64,000 nucleotides of DNA from Octopus sinensis (lineage: Eukaryota), in NCBI RefSeq assembly GCF_006345805.1, contig NC_042997.1, positions 54,622,001-54,686,000 on the forward strand. Direction: 5' to 3'. The translations under genes and the position numbers were made by a program. Below the pieces are notes generated by a model. The model had not been told where the DNA came from and searched no databases. It saw only the letters and a list, made by a program, of their open reading frames with translations. Positions 12,458-25,333 of the stretch are shown one piece after another. Position 1 is the stretch's first letter. The number at the start of each line of letters is the position of its first letter.

Positions 12458-12703
12458 AGGCAGCGAGCCAGTAGTATTGTTAACATGCTGGGCGAAATGC
12501 TTAGCGGTATTTCATCTGTCTTTACATTCTGAGTTCAAATTCCACCAAGGTCAACTTTGTCTTTCATCCTTTCAGGGTCGACTTTGTCTTTCATCCTTTC
12601 AGGATCAATAAATTAAGTACTAGTAGTGTACTGAGGTCGATCTAATCAATTGGCGCCCTCCCCCAAAATTTTGTGCCTTGTGCCTAGAGTAGAAAAGATA
12701 ATT
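12458..12703 (+). mobile_element. tRNA-derived SINE, family A (central TTTCATCCTTTCAGGGTCGATAAA-TAAGTAC domain)
   Basis: B-box-like GAGTTCAAATTC; matches the 23.0-23.7 kb and 60.7-61.2 kb copies; internal tandem duplication of ~24 bp. Confidence 0.8.
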
Positions 12704-12869
12704 TGCTTTTATGTTCAGTTATAATAAAAACAGTTTTACATCAATCTGATGGGTTACTCTATAGTTTTGTAAAGTACAAATTTATCATTCTTAAACAAGA
12801 ATGTTGCTGACAGTGACACTGAAGTTTTGGCCAGCTAAGCCATTATCAAACTACAGTCCAACAATGGCT

Positions 12870-13702
12870 TAGCTGGCTGAAACTTCAAAGTCACTGTCAA
12901 CAACATTCTTGGAGAAAAAATTCCAGGTATGGAAACAAAACCTAGGATCAAAGGGCCTTAAAGTTAACCTAGCTAAGACCAAAGTTGTTAGCAAGAAAGC
13001 AGATAAGATGCATTTGTAGGAAGAGATTGGGAAGTAATTCCATTCACTGCACCAAATGTAAGCTATGGACACATATGAGATGCAGTGGAACCATAGGGAG
13101 ATTAACAGATAAGGTCACCTTTGTGTGTGACAGATATGCAGGAACAATAAGCACTAAGAGCACATGGGACCTAGACTCTCTCAAATGTCCAGGAGGCTCT
13201 CTCAAGGTAGTAGATAGTTTCTGTTATCTCGGTGACCAAATTAGCAATGGGGTGGATGCTCTGAAAGTATTGTTTCTAGAATATGAATAGGATGGAGAAA
13301 AGTTCAGCGAGCTACTACCTCTGTTGTCAATAAAAGGACTCTCTCTCTCTTTCACAGTGAAAGCTAGATTGTATCATGCTTGTGTATAAACAGCTATACT
13401 CAATGCTAGTGAAGTATGGGCTCTGAATGCAGACTAGAGAGAAATGAAGGCAGTATGCTCCACAGGATGCACAATGTCAATGTGCATGAATGACAAAGTG
13501 CAAATGTGTTGAAAGAAAAGTTGTGCAAAAAGGAATCAAACAAAATGCAAGAAAAAACTACATTGGTTTGGACATGTGATGCATACGATTGAAGACAGCT
13601 GTATAAAGAAGTGCCGGTCACTGAAAGTGGATAGCAACTGTGAAGAGGGAGATCCAGGAAGACATGGGATGAAGAGGTGAGGTCTGATCTCAGGATGCTG
13701 AG
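12870..13702 (+). mobile_element. RTE LINE fragment (PHD-like finger and RT C-terminal region)
   Basis: ICRKRLGSNSIHCTKCKLWTHMRC...VVDSFCYLGD; ends at RSDLRMLS, where it joins the Penelope element. Confidence 0.85.
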
Positions 13703-15800
13703 TTTGCATCCCCCTTCTCCCTTAACACTATAAAGCCTGTAGGTAGACTTTTCCTTAAATTAATAGACATACACTTTACTAACTCCCATAGGTATGACCT
13801 CATTTTCAACAGGCACAAGATTAGGGTCTCGCTTAGCTGCGCCTCTAGCATTAATAGTATCTTAGTTAGTACCCCTAAGCAATGGGAAAAGGCAGGTTGT
13901 TCATGCAGGATCTGCAGCAGTTGACCAGTAGAATCCCGCTGTAAAACCAAAGGCATCATCTATCAGGCTGAGGTTCGGACAAACCCAGCCAATTCCACTA
14001 GCAGGAACCATAATAGCCGTAGACACAAAGGCAGAGCCAACATCACTGCCCCCCCCCCCCCCACCACCACAACAAACAGCCTTACCGAAATCAACAACAG
14101 GAACACCAACAGTGTCCACTACAACCCTGACGGTACTGCTACCATCACTAAGATCGACCACAGTGATGTCACCTCCAACTCCAACCTTACTAAAAGCAGA
14201 TAGGGCAACATACCCACTGACAGCTCTCATTCCAGCAGTGGCAGACCAAGCTATATTGGCTGCAGTACCAACAGCAGCAGCACCGCCCCTAACAGACGCA
14301 CCGGTATAGATGTGAATAATAGTAGCCCTGTCAACGAGAATGGTACCCCACCCCAACCACCAGGGAAAATAGAAATAATAATGATAATATCAAATATTGT
14401 AACACTTTCGACTACAGTGTTAGCATTGATAGCATCCCCTCCACATCCGGTAATAACACTACCAACATCACCACTACCCCACCTCTGTCAACACCAACGG
14501 CCCCAGCATAATCATCATGGAAGAAAACACCAGTAATAATAACAGCACCAGCAATAGCAGCAGCAATGACAGTGGCAGCAGTAGCAACAACAGTGGTAGC
14601 AGCAGCATCAGCAGGTTTAATAACACCAGCACATGTACCACCGGCAACACACACAGAAGCAGTAACACTACTGATGCAACCACCACCACCACCAACAGCC
14701 CCAATGCCAGCACCACCAGAATCAGCACCATCGCCGGCACCAGCAGCAGCAGCAGCAGCCATTCAAGAATTTGGACCTGGAGATCTCTATTTCCAGCGAC
14801 TTCGAGGGCCACCTCCCAGTGGTATTGGGCGTCAACGAAGAGCTCTCGACTACAACAAGACGACCAAAGTTTTTTTTCCAAGGTCTGCGGTCTCCTGCCC
14901 CTAAGCCCTAGACCATCACCTAATCACTCTTACCTGTCTTGTTGGCTTAACAACAACAGCAACTACAACTGTAACAACAGCAATACCAACAGCAGCAGCA
15001 GCAGCAGTAGTAGCAGCAGCAGCAGCAGTAGTAGCAGCAGCAACATCAGCAATAGTAGGTACAACACCGACACTATGCATCCAAGGAAATACATCAGATG
15101 CATGGGAACTTCCTTCAAGAAATGTCCCTCCAACCATAGGGCTCCAGAAAGGAGATATGTAACATTGCTGGCCAGCCATATCTGGCAACTGAAGGAAGAC
15201 AGAATTCCATACTCGATATCATGGAAAATCCTCCACTGTCTGAGTCTGTATATAAATGGAATGAAACACTGCAAGCTATGCATAGCCAAAGGCATGGAAA
15301 TCCTGAAAAGCTCATGCATACCAGGGAGCATATTGAACTCCAGACTGGAGATTTTCAGGCCATGTTTGCATTTCAAGAAATTTCTATTAGCATTTTGGGA
15401 AATCCAGAGTAACAATAATAGTGATAATAATGGTATTAGTGATAATATTTACACCACAGCTGGAAACTGATTGCTGATGAGAGTGGGAGATAATCCCCTA
15501 CCATCTATCCCCACAGCCAACAGGTGGCATAACTGAAAAAGGATGACACAGCAGGAAGTTGATGACCAGCCGATGACCACCAGAAGAGGGAGATAACCCC
15601 CATTGTTTATATCCAGTTCATTTCCCCCTTGTACTTTAAAGAGGATGTAGGCCAACAAATCTTAGGGTCTGATGATATGCCATATGATACTATTTATGGC
15701 GAGAAACCCAGGGTAACTCCATAAACAGGCCTTCACCAGTAATAAATAAAGACTGTTCTACTTCTTAGAGGGTGTTTCTTCTCTCTTTTCATGTTTTTCT
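13703..15800 (+). mobile_element. 5'-truncated Penelope-like element: RT-linker, GIY-YIG endonuclease split by a low-complexity insert, 3' pseudo-LTR region
   Basis: FASPFSLNTIKPVGRLFLKLIDIHF..FNRHKIRVSLSC..GCSCRICSS*PVESRCKTKGIIYQAEV (GIIY at 13952-63); KYIRCMGTSFKK..HIWQLKE..ISWKIL..CKLCIAK..LNSRLEIFRPCLHFKKFLL (YIR at 15090-98); AATAAA near 15741. Confidence 0.9.
15662..15722 (+). ncRNA. Type I hammerhead ribozyme in the Penelope 3' region
   Basis: CUGAUGA 15669-75; stem II U(A)UGCCAUA/UAUGGCGA; GAAA 15703-06; stem III ACC-CAG-GGU; H17=A15715 (GUA); stem I GGGU/ACUC. Confidence 0.8.
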
Positions 15801-15832
15801 AAAAAATAAGAATGATATATATATATATATGT

Positions 15833-16990
15833 ATCATAATCATCATCATTGTTTAACGTCTGCTTTCCATGCTAGCATGGGTTGGACGATTTGACTGAGG
15901 ACTGGCTGCACCAGGGTCCAATCTTGATCTGGCAGAGTTTCTACAGCTGGATGCCCTTCCTAATGCCAACCACTCCAAGAGTGTAGTGGGTGCTTTTATG
16001 TGCCACCAGGACAAGAGCCAGTCAGGTGGTACTGGCAACGGCCACGAAAAAGTCATGTTTTTTTATGTGTCACCTGCACACTGGCACAAGTGCCAGTAAG
16101 GTGATGCTGGTAACGATCACGCTCAAATGGTGCATTTTACGTGCCACTGGCACAAACACCTGTTAGCCCCTCTGGCAACAATCATGCTCGGATGGTGCTC
16201 TTAGTGCTCCACTAGCATGGATATCAGTCATCGAATTAGATTTTGATTTTGATTTCACTTGCCTCAACAGGTCTTCGCAAGCAGTGTCCAATGAAGGGAA
16301 GGTACACGTAAGTGGGCTGGTTACACCCCTGACATAGGCCACAAGGTTATGGTCTCACTTGGCTTGCCGGGTCTTCTCAAGCACAACATATTTCCAAAAG
16401 TCTCGGTCACTGGTCATTGCCTCAGTGAGGCCTAATGTTCGAAGGTCACGCTTCTCCACTTCATCCCAGGTCTTCCTGGGTCTACCTCTTCCACAGGTTC
16501 CCTCAACTGCTAGGGTGTGGCACTTTTTCACACAGCTATCCTCATCCATTCTTGCCACATGACCATACCAGTGCAGTTGTCTCTCTTGCACACTACATAT
16601 GATGCTTCTTAGGTCCAACTTTTCTCTCAAGGTACTTACACTCTGGCGAGTATGCACACTGACATTACACATCCATCGGATCATACTGGCTTCATTCCTT
16701 GTGAGCTTACACATGTCCTCAGTAGTCACGGCCCATGTTTCACTGCCATGTAGCATGGCTGTTCATACACATGTGTCATATAGTCTACCTTTTACTCTGA
16801 GCAAGAGGCTCTTTGTCACCAGCAGAGGTAAGAGCTCTCTGAACTTTGCCCAGGCTATTCTTATTCTAGCAGCTACACTTTCAGTGCACCCTCCCCACCT
16901 AATGACTTGGTCACTTAGGTAATGGAAGCTATCAACTACTTCTAGTTTTTCTCCCTGGAATGTGGCGGAAGTTGTTCTCAGCACATCTTC
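15833..16990 (-). mobile_element. RTE LINE 3' portion
   Basis: VVDSFHYL..AWAKFRELLPLL..LHGSETWAVT..RWMCNV..QLHWYGHVARM..GRGRPRKTW..EKTRQAK*, 3'UTR and tail. Confidence 0.92.
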
Positions 16991-18559
16991 AGTGTATATA
17001 TGTATATATATATATATACATGTATATATGTGAGTGCATGTGTTTTATTCCCCATTAAGGCAAAAGTCCAGATACACAATTATATCCAAGGGAGAGACAA
17101 AATGTGGAGTTTGTAAAAAAGAAAATTAGAAATGGAAATTTTACTCTGTTGTCAATTTGAGTGTTGTGTAAATGTTGTTCACAAGAAATTCTGATCAAAA
17201 GCAGAACTATGAAACTTAAGTCAAAGCAGTGGAAAATTTCAGTTTTTAAACACTGTCATATGATATAATGTATACTCATGCACTCACACACACATCATCA
17301 TCATCATTATAATTTTTTAAATTCTGCTTTTCATGCTTCATAGGATGGGTATTGTACATCTCATTTCCTGGCATAGTCCTCTCTCATCTAGTACACATTA
17401 CAGGGAAATGTTTGCATACATTTTATTATTGCTTATCTCCATCAAACTTATAGTGTGAACGAGGTTTATATTATATGTTCATCAGCATTAAAAAACTGTT
17501 TGTGTCAACACTAGAGAGTTCTATTACTCTCTATCAGTTCTTATTCAAAATTATTGCCCTCCTAGATAGATTATCTGCAAGTCTCTTATGTTCATTTTTC
17601 AGTTTTACAATACATGTGTAGGTGTGTATGCTGGGTGACTGCCTGAGTATTTCACATCCAAATCCAACCCTATAATATGTGACCCTTCACTAATACTTTT
17701 TTACAACTTCTTGCAACCATCACCTTCATATACACCAAACTGTAAAATGCATTCTTGGAATCCTAATTAACTTTACAATCAAGTGCATCACAGAGTAAAT
17801 CTATTATCTAGCAAAGTTTGAAACATTTACTGCCAAGTTGCAACAGATCATAACATGACATGGTCCTCCTGACTCCATCTACCTACCTTTGTCTTCTATC
17901 TCCCTCTGTTCTGGGAGTGAATTCATCTTCTATCTTTATTATTAAGTTTTCATTCTGGATTAAGTAATGTTGTGTAAGTTCAGAGTTTGTGTGGTGATGC
18001 CAGACTTTTGCACCCTAGGCAATTTTTTAGTTTTCCTTGTGCTTAGTACTGGTCATTTGTGCATGTTTGTGGATATGAAGTAAATGTTTAAGTGTGTTTG
18101 AGCAAATGGATACATTGTGATGAAACTATAAGTTTTACTCTTTATGGACAGAAAAAGACATTGTTGATCTGACTAGTCTTGAAACATGTATTATGCCTTA
18201 TCAGAGATCAGTTATTCATTCTGAACTATTTATAAACTCCAGCTTGTGCAGAACTAAAGTGACCTTTTAACCTGCATAAGTGTTGATAATGTGAATTGTG
18301 TACATGACCCCTAAGACTGGTGGGATAGATGAAAGAAAATATCTTCAAACCAAAGGCTTGGTCCAGTTCTTGCATTACTGTGAACTTCACTAAAGGCACC
18401 TAAAATGCCAAGCTGTAGTGTTAAACCAGGGCGAAAGAGTGTGTGAGAGAGAGGGGGGGGATAGAGTTTTCCTTTACTTACTTACAATTATGGTGATACG
18501 CTCAAGCAATGTTTGAACATGCTGTGAGTTTTAACTGCTTGCATTAGAAACCAAAATGT

Positions 18560-19260
18560 ACTCATTATAGTATTCTGTGCAGGAAAGAATGTTGTAGTGA
18601 ACTCCATTAAATGTACAGTATGTGCTGGGTGGATTGATTAGAAAATGTTGACTATTATCTAATTTATCAGCTGCATTTAAGTGTAATGTGTCTATGGGTA
18701 GCAATGCAAACGGAGAGAATGTTGAGCCGGATGTTGGAAATGGCATGAAGTTGAATGGTAGATTGATAGACTGAGATGCATATGAGAGAAGTTCTAGAAA
18801 CTGATTGGTGTTCTAATGAAGGGGCAATGAAATTAAAGGGAAAGGAGTACACTGCAACAGTGAGAAGTGCTATGATTTATCAAAATGAGATATAGGTGAT
18901 GAACATGGAGAAGCAGAGAAAGCTGGAAAAAGCAAAAAATGAGTATGATTCTTTTGATGAGTGGAGTTTTACTGAAAGAGAGGGAAGACAAACAGTGAAT
19001 CGCAATAATGGTGGGAAATGAGTCAGTAATGTACGTTGTGAAACGAAATGGGATGAAATAGCTGGGTCATGTGCTGAGGAGAAATAGTAGTGAGAAGGTG
19101 ATAAAATTATTGAAATGAATGTAAGAGGAAGTGAATGACTGACATTGATGCAACTAAAAACGATGGAAAAGAAGATGAGGGCAAAGGTGTTTGATAAGGG
19201 TGAAGTAGAGGATAGGGTAAAATGAAAATGGTTCTCATGTGGTTAACAAGGCTAACCTCT
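18560..19260 (+). mobile_element. Old degenerate RTE remnant
   Basis: NSIKCTVCAGWI (PHD-like remnant) and LGHVLRR-like segment. Confidence 0.5.
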
Positions 19261-20209
19261 GCTTTAGTAGAGAAAATGGCCTTAAAACACATGTTCTATG
19301 ACAAGTTGCTTGTATATTGAGTGCAAGATAATATATAAATGAGATACACAGTCCTCTCCCTGTGAACAAGCTTGCTTTTATTTTATGCAATTTTCTAATT
19401 TTTTTTTAGTTTGCAAGAAAACGTAAATCCCATGGGTATAAATTTAATCAGTGACATAATTTCTATGAAATTCTAGTCAGGAGAAACCTGAAACTAACAT
19501 TCTTTTAATACTTAGATAAAAATCTTATTTACGGAACAGAACTGAAGTAGCTTTGTTAAATGGTGCAGGGAAATAAACAAGTTGGATCCTGCAATGCAAT
19601 ATCTTTTAAGAATTTTCTTTATATATTTTTTATTTTACAAAATAACTTACTTGCAGATTTACTTATTTTCAAAATTCTCTCATGAGACAGGAGAACACTT
19701 ATTGTAAGTTTTGTGACTAATATTAGATTACACCTTAGTAACACATTTCTTATACTGTATTTTGGTTCCAGCAAACAAGCTGGAAAGTCAGCAGCTCTAA
19801 AACAAAGTTTCACTTAACAATAGTACAGAAGTCTGTTGCATAGTGTGAAAATTTGCTTGCGAAGGTAGTTGTATACACTGAGGTAGATGATAGACTACAT
19901 TTCAACATTAGTTACCATTTGTTACAAATTTTACAACCAAATCTATCATTCAGCAAGTACACTTAAAAAATTCCATATCTCACCATAACAACTCAAGTAA
20001 ATTTAATTCATCTATTTTAGTGGCTTGAAATACAGTTGATCCTTTAATAACTATTCAATTGCATAAGTCTTCTAATGTAGCTTTTACATTCACTTTATTT
20101 CTGTGGACTAACATCAATGTCTTTTATTTCTAAGTATCATTGGCTGAATGAGTTTATTTCTTAAGCTTATTTCCTTCACAAATAATGTAATAGCATTATT
20201 GAAGATATG

Positions 20210-20718
20210 TTGAGGCAAGTGAAATCGAAATCAAATTTGATGACAGCACTGCATGACTGGCATCAGTGCTAGTGGAGTGCTAAGAGCACCATCTGAGTGT
20301 GATCATTGCTAGACTCACTGACTGGCTCCTGTGCAAGTGGCACGTATAAAGCACCATTCGAGCGTGATCGTTACCAGCATCGCCTTACTGGCACTTGTGC
20401 TGGTGGCACGTGAAAAACAACATTCGAGCAAGATCGTTGCCAGTGCCGCTGGACTCGCTCCTGTGCAGGTGGCACGTAAAAAACACCATTTGAGCATGGC
20501 CGTTGCCAGTACTGCCTGACTGGCTCTCTTGCCGGTGGCACATAAAAGCACCCACTACACTCTCGGAGTGGTTGGCGTTAGGAAGGGCATCCAGCTGTAG
20601 AAACCCTGCCAAATCAGATTGGAGACTGATGCAGCCATCTGGCTCACCAGTCCTCAGTCAAACTGTCCAACCCATGCCAGCATGGAAAACGGACTTTAAA
20701 CAATGATGATGATGATGA
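20210..20718 (+). mobile_element. RTE 3'UTR-only copy with (GAT)n tail
   Basis: Colinear with 690-1122. Confidence 0.85.
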
Positions 20719-21369
20719 CGAATATGATATAACCAAAAAAAAAAGGTAATCACTGATAGAATCATTAAAGTGCCTGATAGAATATCTTGCTGTAGTTAGA
20801 TATGTTCCTTTACATTCCGAGTTCAAATTCCACCAGAATGTTTCTTCCTTCTAGAGTTGGTTAAATAAGTACCAGCAAAGCACAGGATAGGATCTATCCA
20901 GCAAATTTCTGGTTTTGTATTGATATTACAATTCAATATTTTAACAGCAATATAAATGTTGAAAATTATCACAAGACCACATATTTTGGGGTTAGTGAAG
21001 TCAACTAAAGTAACCTCTGTAGATAAGAGATAGTTATATCCTTAATCCTGGAGAAATGGATAGCAAATTTTATCCCTTGTAGAAATCAAAATCAGACTTA
21101 ATTCATCACTGAACAGTTTTTAAGTCAGGTTTCAAAGTAAACGTCTTGGAGTATGTAGGTATATAAATGATTTCAGATCAATTTTACTTTAGTCCTTCTA
21201 GAATTGACGTTAGTAAAATAACAGAGTACATTACAAAAGCAATAGACAAGTCTTCTTTAACACAGCAAGTTGCCAATCATTTTGGTCCTTTGTCAACTTC
21301 TCTGCGAGGCTCAACATCTAGAGGTCATTCTTCACAACTTTGTCCAACATCTTCTAGAGACTTCCTCTT

Positions 21370-22930
21370 CCATCTACATTTAGCAATCAACACTCCTTTA
21401 TGCATAGGTCCTCATCCATACACATCACATGACCATATCAGCACAGTCTTATCTCTTGCACACTGCCTCTGATACCTCCTGTGCCCAATTTTTATCTCAA
21501 TACATTTGCACTTTGTTGTGCATGCACACTGATAGTGCATATTGAGTAGAGCATGTTAGCATAATTTCTTTCTAGGTTTTTGCATGTTCTCTGCTTTCAC
21601 AGGCCATATTTCATTATTATGTAGCATTGCTATTTGTACACAAGCATCATTTTTACCCTTTTAACAGTTGACTATAATGCTGCTACTCCTTTGTTGGGTT
21701 TGATACCTTCCTGTACAACCTGATTATATGGGTGATTAAGTCATATCCTACTCCACCAGATATTTTAAGCATCTTGGCAGTAATTCCTGATGGACCTTGG
21801 ATTTTCCTTGTCTTCATATCCTTAATTGCTATAACTGTCATACTGCTGTTAGGCCCATCCATGTCAGGAAGACTCTCCTTCCCTCATGCATTCTCCACAT
21901 TTTGAAGACTTTCATGCCTTTTTCTTTTCAGATTCACAAAGTGCAAGTATACTATCATCCATTCATGCATGCTTCAACATCATGATTTTTTTCTGTTACA
22001 CTGTTGTGCAATCTGGAACACATCATGCCTCTGGTTCTCACACTAGAACATTGGCAAACCGCTTCCTTTCTGATTCTACCTTTGATAAAAAGACCTGTTG
22101 CCTAGCTTATCTTCTAGCCATCTGGTATATTTCTCTGCTAGGTCATTCTTCCAATCCTTGCAGGCCTGTTTCTTTGCTTTTATGGCTATGTCTACGTCAC
22201 TGTTTCCATCACAATGTTACACTTGGCCTGGCTAGAACTTTGTACCAGCCTCAGATTTTCTGTTGCTCTCAGTAGGTTATCCCAAAAGAGCTTCCAATTC
22301 TTCTCTGTTATAAGTCTCTATCTCTTCATTCTTGTCAAATGCTTCAACTAGTGCTTTTCTAAATTTCTCACTGTTCACCTAATCTTTAAGCATTCATGAC
22401 TTTATTTTCCATACTAGTTTATAACTCTGAATCCTTTTAGCTCTAAACATGAAGCCACTAGTCATTAACTTTGCATACACAAACATTTATTTAACCCATT
22501 TTTTTTAGGAAGAATGTTGTCAGTTTGGCTTGTGTTCCCACCTGATTAATAAATAATCAGATTACTGGTTGGTTTCTTTAAGTTAGCATTGCAGATCATC
22601 AGGTCATTTGCATCACAGAACTTCACAAATTTTGTTCCCTCTTCATTTTTAGGATCAAAACCATAGCCTCCATGTACACCATGGAATCCATTGGATTGCT
22701 ATCCATCATGTCCACTGAAGTCACCAGCCAAGAAAATAAAGACATCAAGGTAATCTGCAAAAGGGCATTGAGCAGCACTTCTTTCTCATCCACACACATC
22801 AAAACTCTATACCAGTGCAGACGTCTTTCTTACACACTACATCTGATTCCTCTTATGTCCAGAATTTCTCTAAACACTTTTATATTTTACCTTTCATGTG
22901 AACTTACATTGCACACCCAATGGAGCACAC
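21370..22930 (-). mobile_element. Rearranged RTE LINE (APE endonuclease and RT N-terminus flanked by C-terminal pieces)
   Basis: GFHGVHGGYGFDPKNEEGTKFVKFCDANDLMICN; MKTRKIQGPSGITA; WMCNV-like segments at both 22775-22930 and 21370-21630. Confidence 0.8.
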
Positions 22931-23050
22931 TAATTTTTTTCCTGTCTTTTCAAATCCTCTGCATTCAAAGCCCATGCCTCACTACAACCAACCCTACCCC
23001 TAAAATTCCTGGCTTTGCACAAAAATAAGAAAGAATTATCATTATTATTA

Positions 23051-23740
23051 AAGCAGTGAGCTGGCAGAATCATTAGTATGCTGGGCAAAATGTTTTGTGG
23101 AATTTTGTCCATCTTCACGTTCAGAGTTCAAATTCTGCCTTTCATCCTTTGAGGGTCAATAAAATAAGTATCAGTTGAGCACTGGAGTGGATGTAAACAA
23201 CTTAACTCCTCTCCTGATATTACTGGCCTTGTGCCAAAATTTGAAACCATTACTAAGGTGGTGAGCTTGGCAGAATCATTAGAGTGTAGGATAAAATGCT
23301 TAGCAAAATTTCTTTCAGCTCTTTATGTTCTGAGTTCAAATTCTGCTGAGGCTGATTTTGCCTTGCATCTTTTCAGGGTTAATAAAATATGTATTACATA
23401 AGTACTGAAGCCAATGTAACTTAGTAATCTCCCACCACTACTTAAAACTGCTGGCCTTGTACTAAAACTTTATTATTATTATTGTTATTATTATTATTAT
23501 TATTATCATTAAAAAGGTGGCGAGCTGGCAGAATCATTAGTGCGCTGGACGAAATGTTTAGCAATATTTCGCCTACCACTACGTTCTGAGTTCAAATTCT
23601 GGTGAGGTGACTTTGCCTTCCATCCTTTCAGGGTCGATAAACTAAGTACCAGTGAAACACTGGGGTTGATGTAATTGACTTATCCCCTCCCCCAAAATGG
23701 CTGCCCTTGTGGAAAAATTTGAAACCATTATTATTATTAA
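23051..23740 (+). mobile_element. Three head-to-tail family-A SINEs
   Basis: Units start at ~23051, ~23255 and ~23514 (GG-GAGCTGGCAGAATCATTAG), each ending GAAAC-(ATT)n. Confidence 0.88.
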
Positions 23741-25333
23741 AAATATGTAAAATTTAAATACAATTCATGGTTTTCATATCCCATTCTTTCTACTTCTATG
23801 GTGCCTTTGAGCATCTACTTCTGAACCTTCTTTTCTCTCCCACAACTTCTCTGCATCTTCACCCCTTTTCATCTTCCTTCTCTGACTCACCTACATAATC
23901 TCACCCCTTTTTTCTTCAGGGATACTCAGGTTTCCATTACACTCTAGTTTACTGTTTCCTTCTTGTCTCTTTTCTCTCACACATTCTGTCCATACTTGTC
24001 CCTTATAATACTGGATAGCCCTAAACACCCCCTACACAACCTACCTTAGCACCTATTTAACTCTGTCTCTCTCTTTTTCTCAACCTCTTCTCTTTTCCCT
24101 GCCATATTCCACTATCCTCTCCTCTTATTTACTATTCCCTCATCCATTTGCCTTGGATCATCACCTACTCTCTCTTCAATTTGCCCTCGGTTATAGGGAC
24201 CACTCTAGGGCCTTAGCCTTGCCAGTTATGAGGCAATTATCATATGGTGTCATGAAAGTAGCATCTACTTTGCAAGGTAGTTGACATTGTGAAATGTATC
24301 CAGCCAGAGAAACCATGCCAAAGACATTGTTGCAGGATGCAGTCCTCCAAACTGTTTAACACATGCCAAAACAAGCAGGATGTTAAATGATGATGATACA
24401 TCTTTAAGTTGATAATGTATTTCTACCATGATGTAACAGCCTTTGTTTCAACAAGGAATCTCAAATAAAATTTCTCTCAACAGAAGTAGAAAATAGATGG
24501 CCATTTCAGGATTTATAGATCAGAGTCACTTGAAATCTCATCAATTTCAGATCTTGTTGAATGAGTCAGTTTATAACTATAAATAGATTACACTGTGTAA
24601 CATGATTTTTGTTCTTAGGTGGCTACTGTTATTTCCTATTTGCTTACCTCTAGAAAGTATGAAAAATGGCTAATACCTCCTGTCAACTTTGCTTTTGTTA
24701 TATCTATTCAAACCCTAAATAATCCCTCTCAACACATGGCTACAATGCTCTCCCACTACTCCTGCTCATGATCAGAGATGAACAGATAGTATTGTCAGTC
24801 ACTATGTGACATGCTCAAATGGTTAAGATCAAGCAACTGACAAGCAAATCTGTGGTATTGAGGAGAGTATTTGCTATAATGATATTTCTTCTTAAGCAGT
24901 TCAGTGTTGATTCTATCTGAAATGTAATGGAAAAACATTGATGTCCAGGTCACAAAAGCAAAATCTGAAGGGAATAGTAGTCATTTCCTTTGATTTCTAG
25001 ATATAAGTAAATAGGAAATAAACACTTGTTGACCAAAGACAAAAAATGAAAAAAAGTTTGCTACACAATGTTATATATTCAAAAGTTGGCACTTTTATCC
25101 AGTCACCTAACCAAATTCATCTGAAAGCAAAACTTTTCTAATTTTCCTCATTACTTGTAGGTTTGTTTAGACAGAAAAATAGTAACTATAACTGTTTCAA
25201 AATACCAGTGATGAAGTAATTCTCACAATAAACCTAACTAGCAACCCTGCATGAAAGATAAAATGAGTCAAGTAACAAACATTGGACTGAGCTACTTGAA
25301 ATTCTTTCTTTATACTCACTACAGTTCAGGACA

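Noticed and set aside
13901-15188. Several long overlapping ORFs (poly-Leu, poly-Ala, Pro-rich) on both strands
   Set aside because: By-products of triplet repeats; only the frame joining the GIY-YIG motifs has domain support
19655-19810. Possible small exons (IYLFSKFSHETGEHL and others at 17.9, 18.5, 25.8, 48.4, 51.2, 53.5 and 59.8 kb)
   Set aside because: Splice-like signals with short open frames are expected by chance in AT-rich DNA; no consistent protein chain or homology
23051-23740. Idea that family-A SINEs are mobilised by the Dong/R4 element
   Set aside because: SINE tails are (ATT)n on the sense strand whereas Dong tails are (TAA)n, the complementary strand, and no shared 3' sequence was seen
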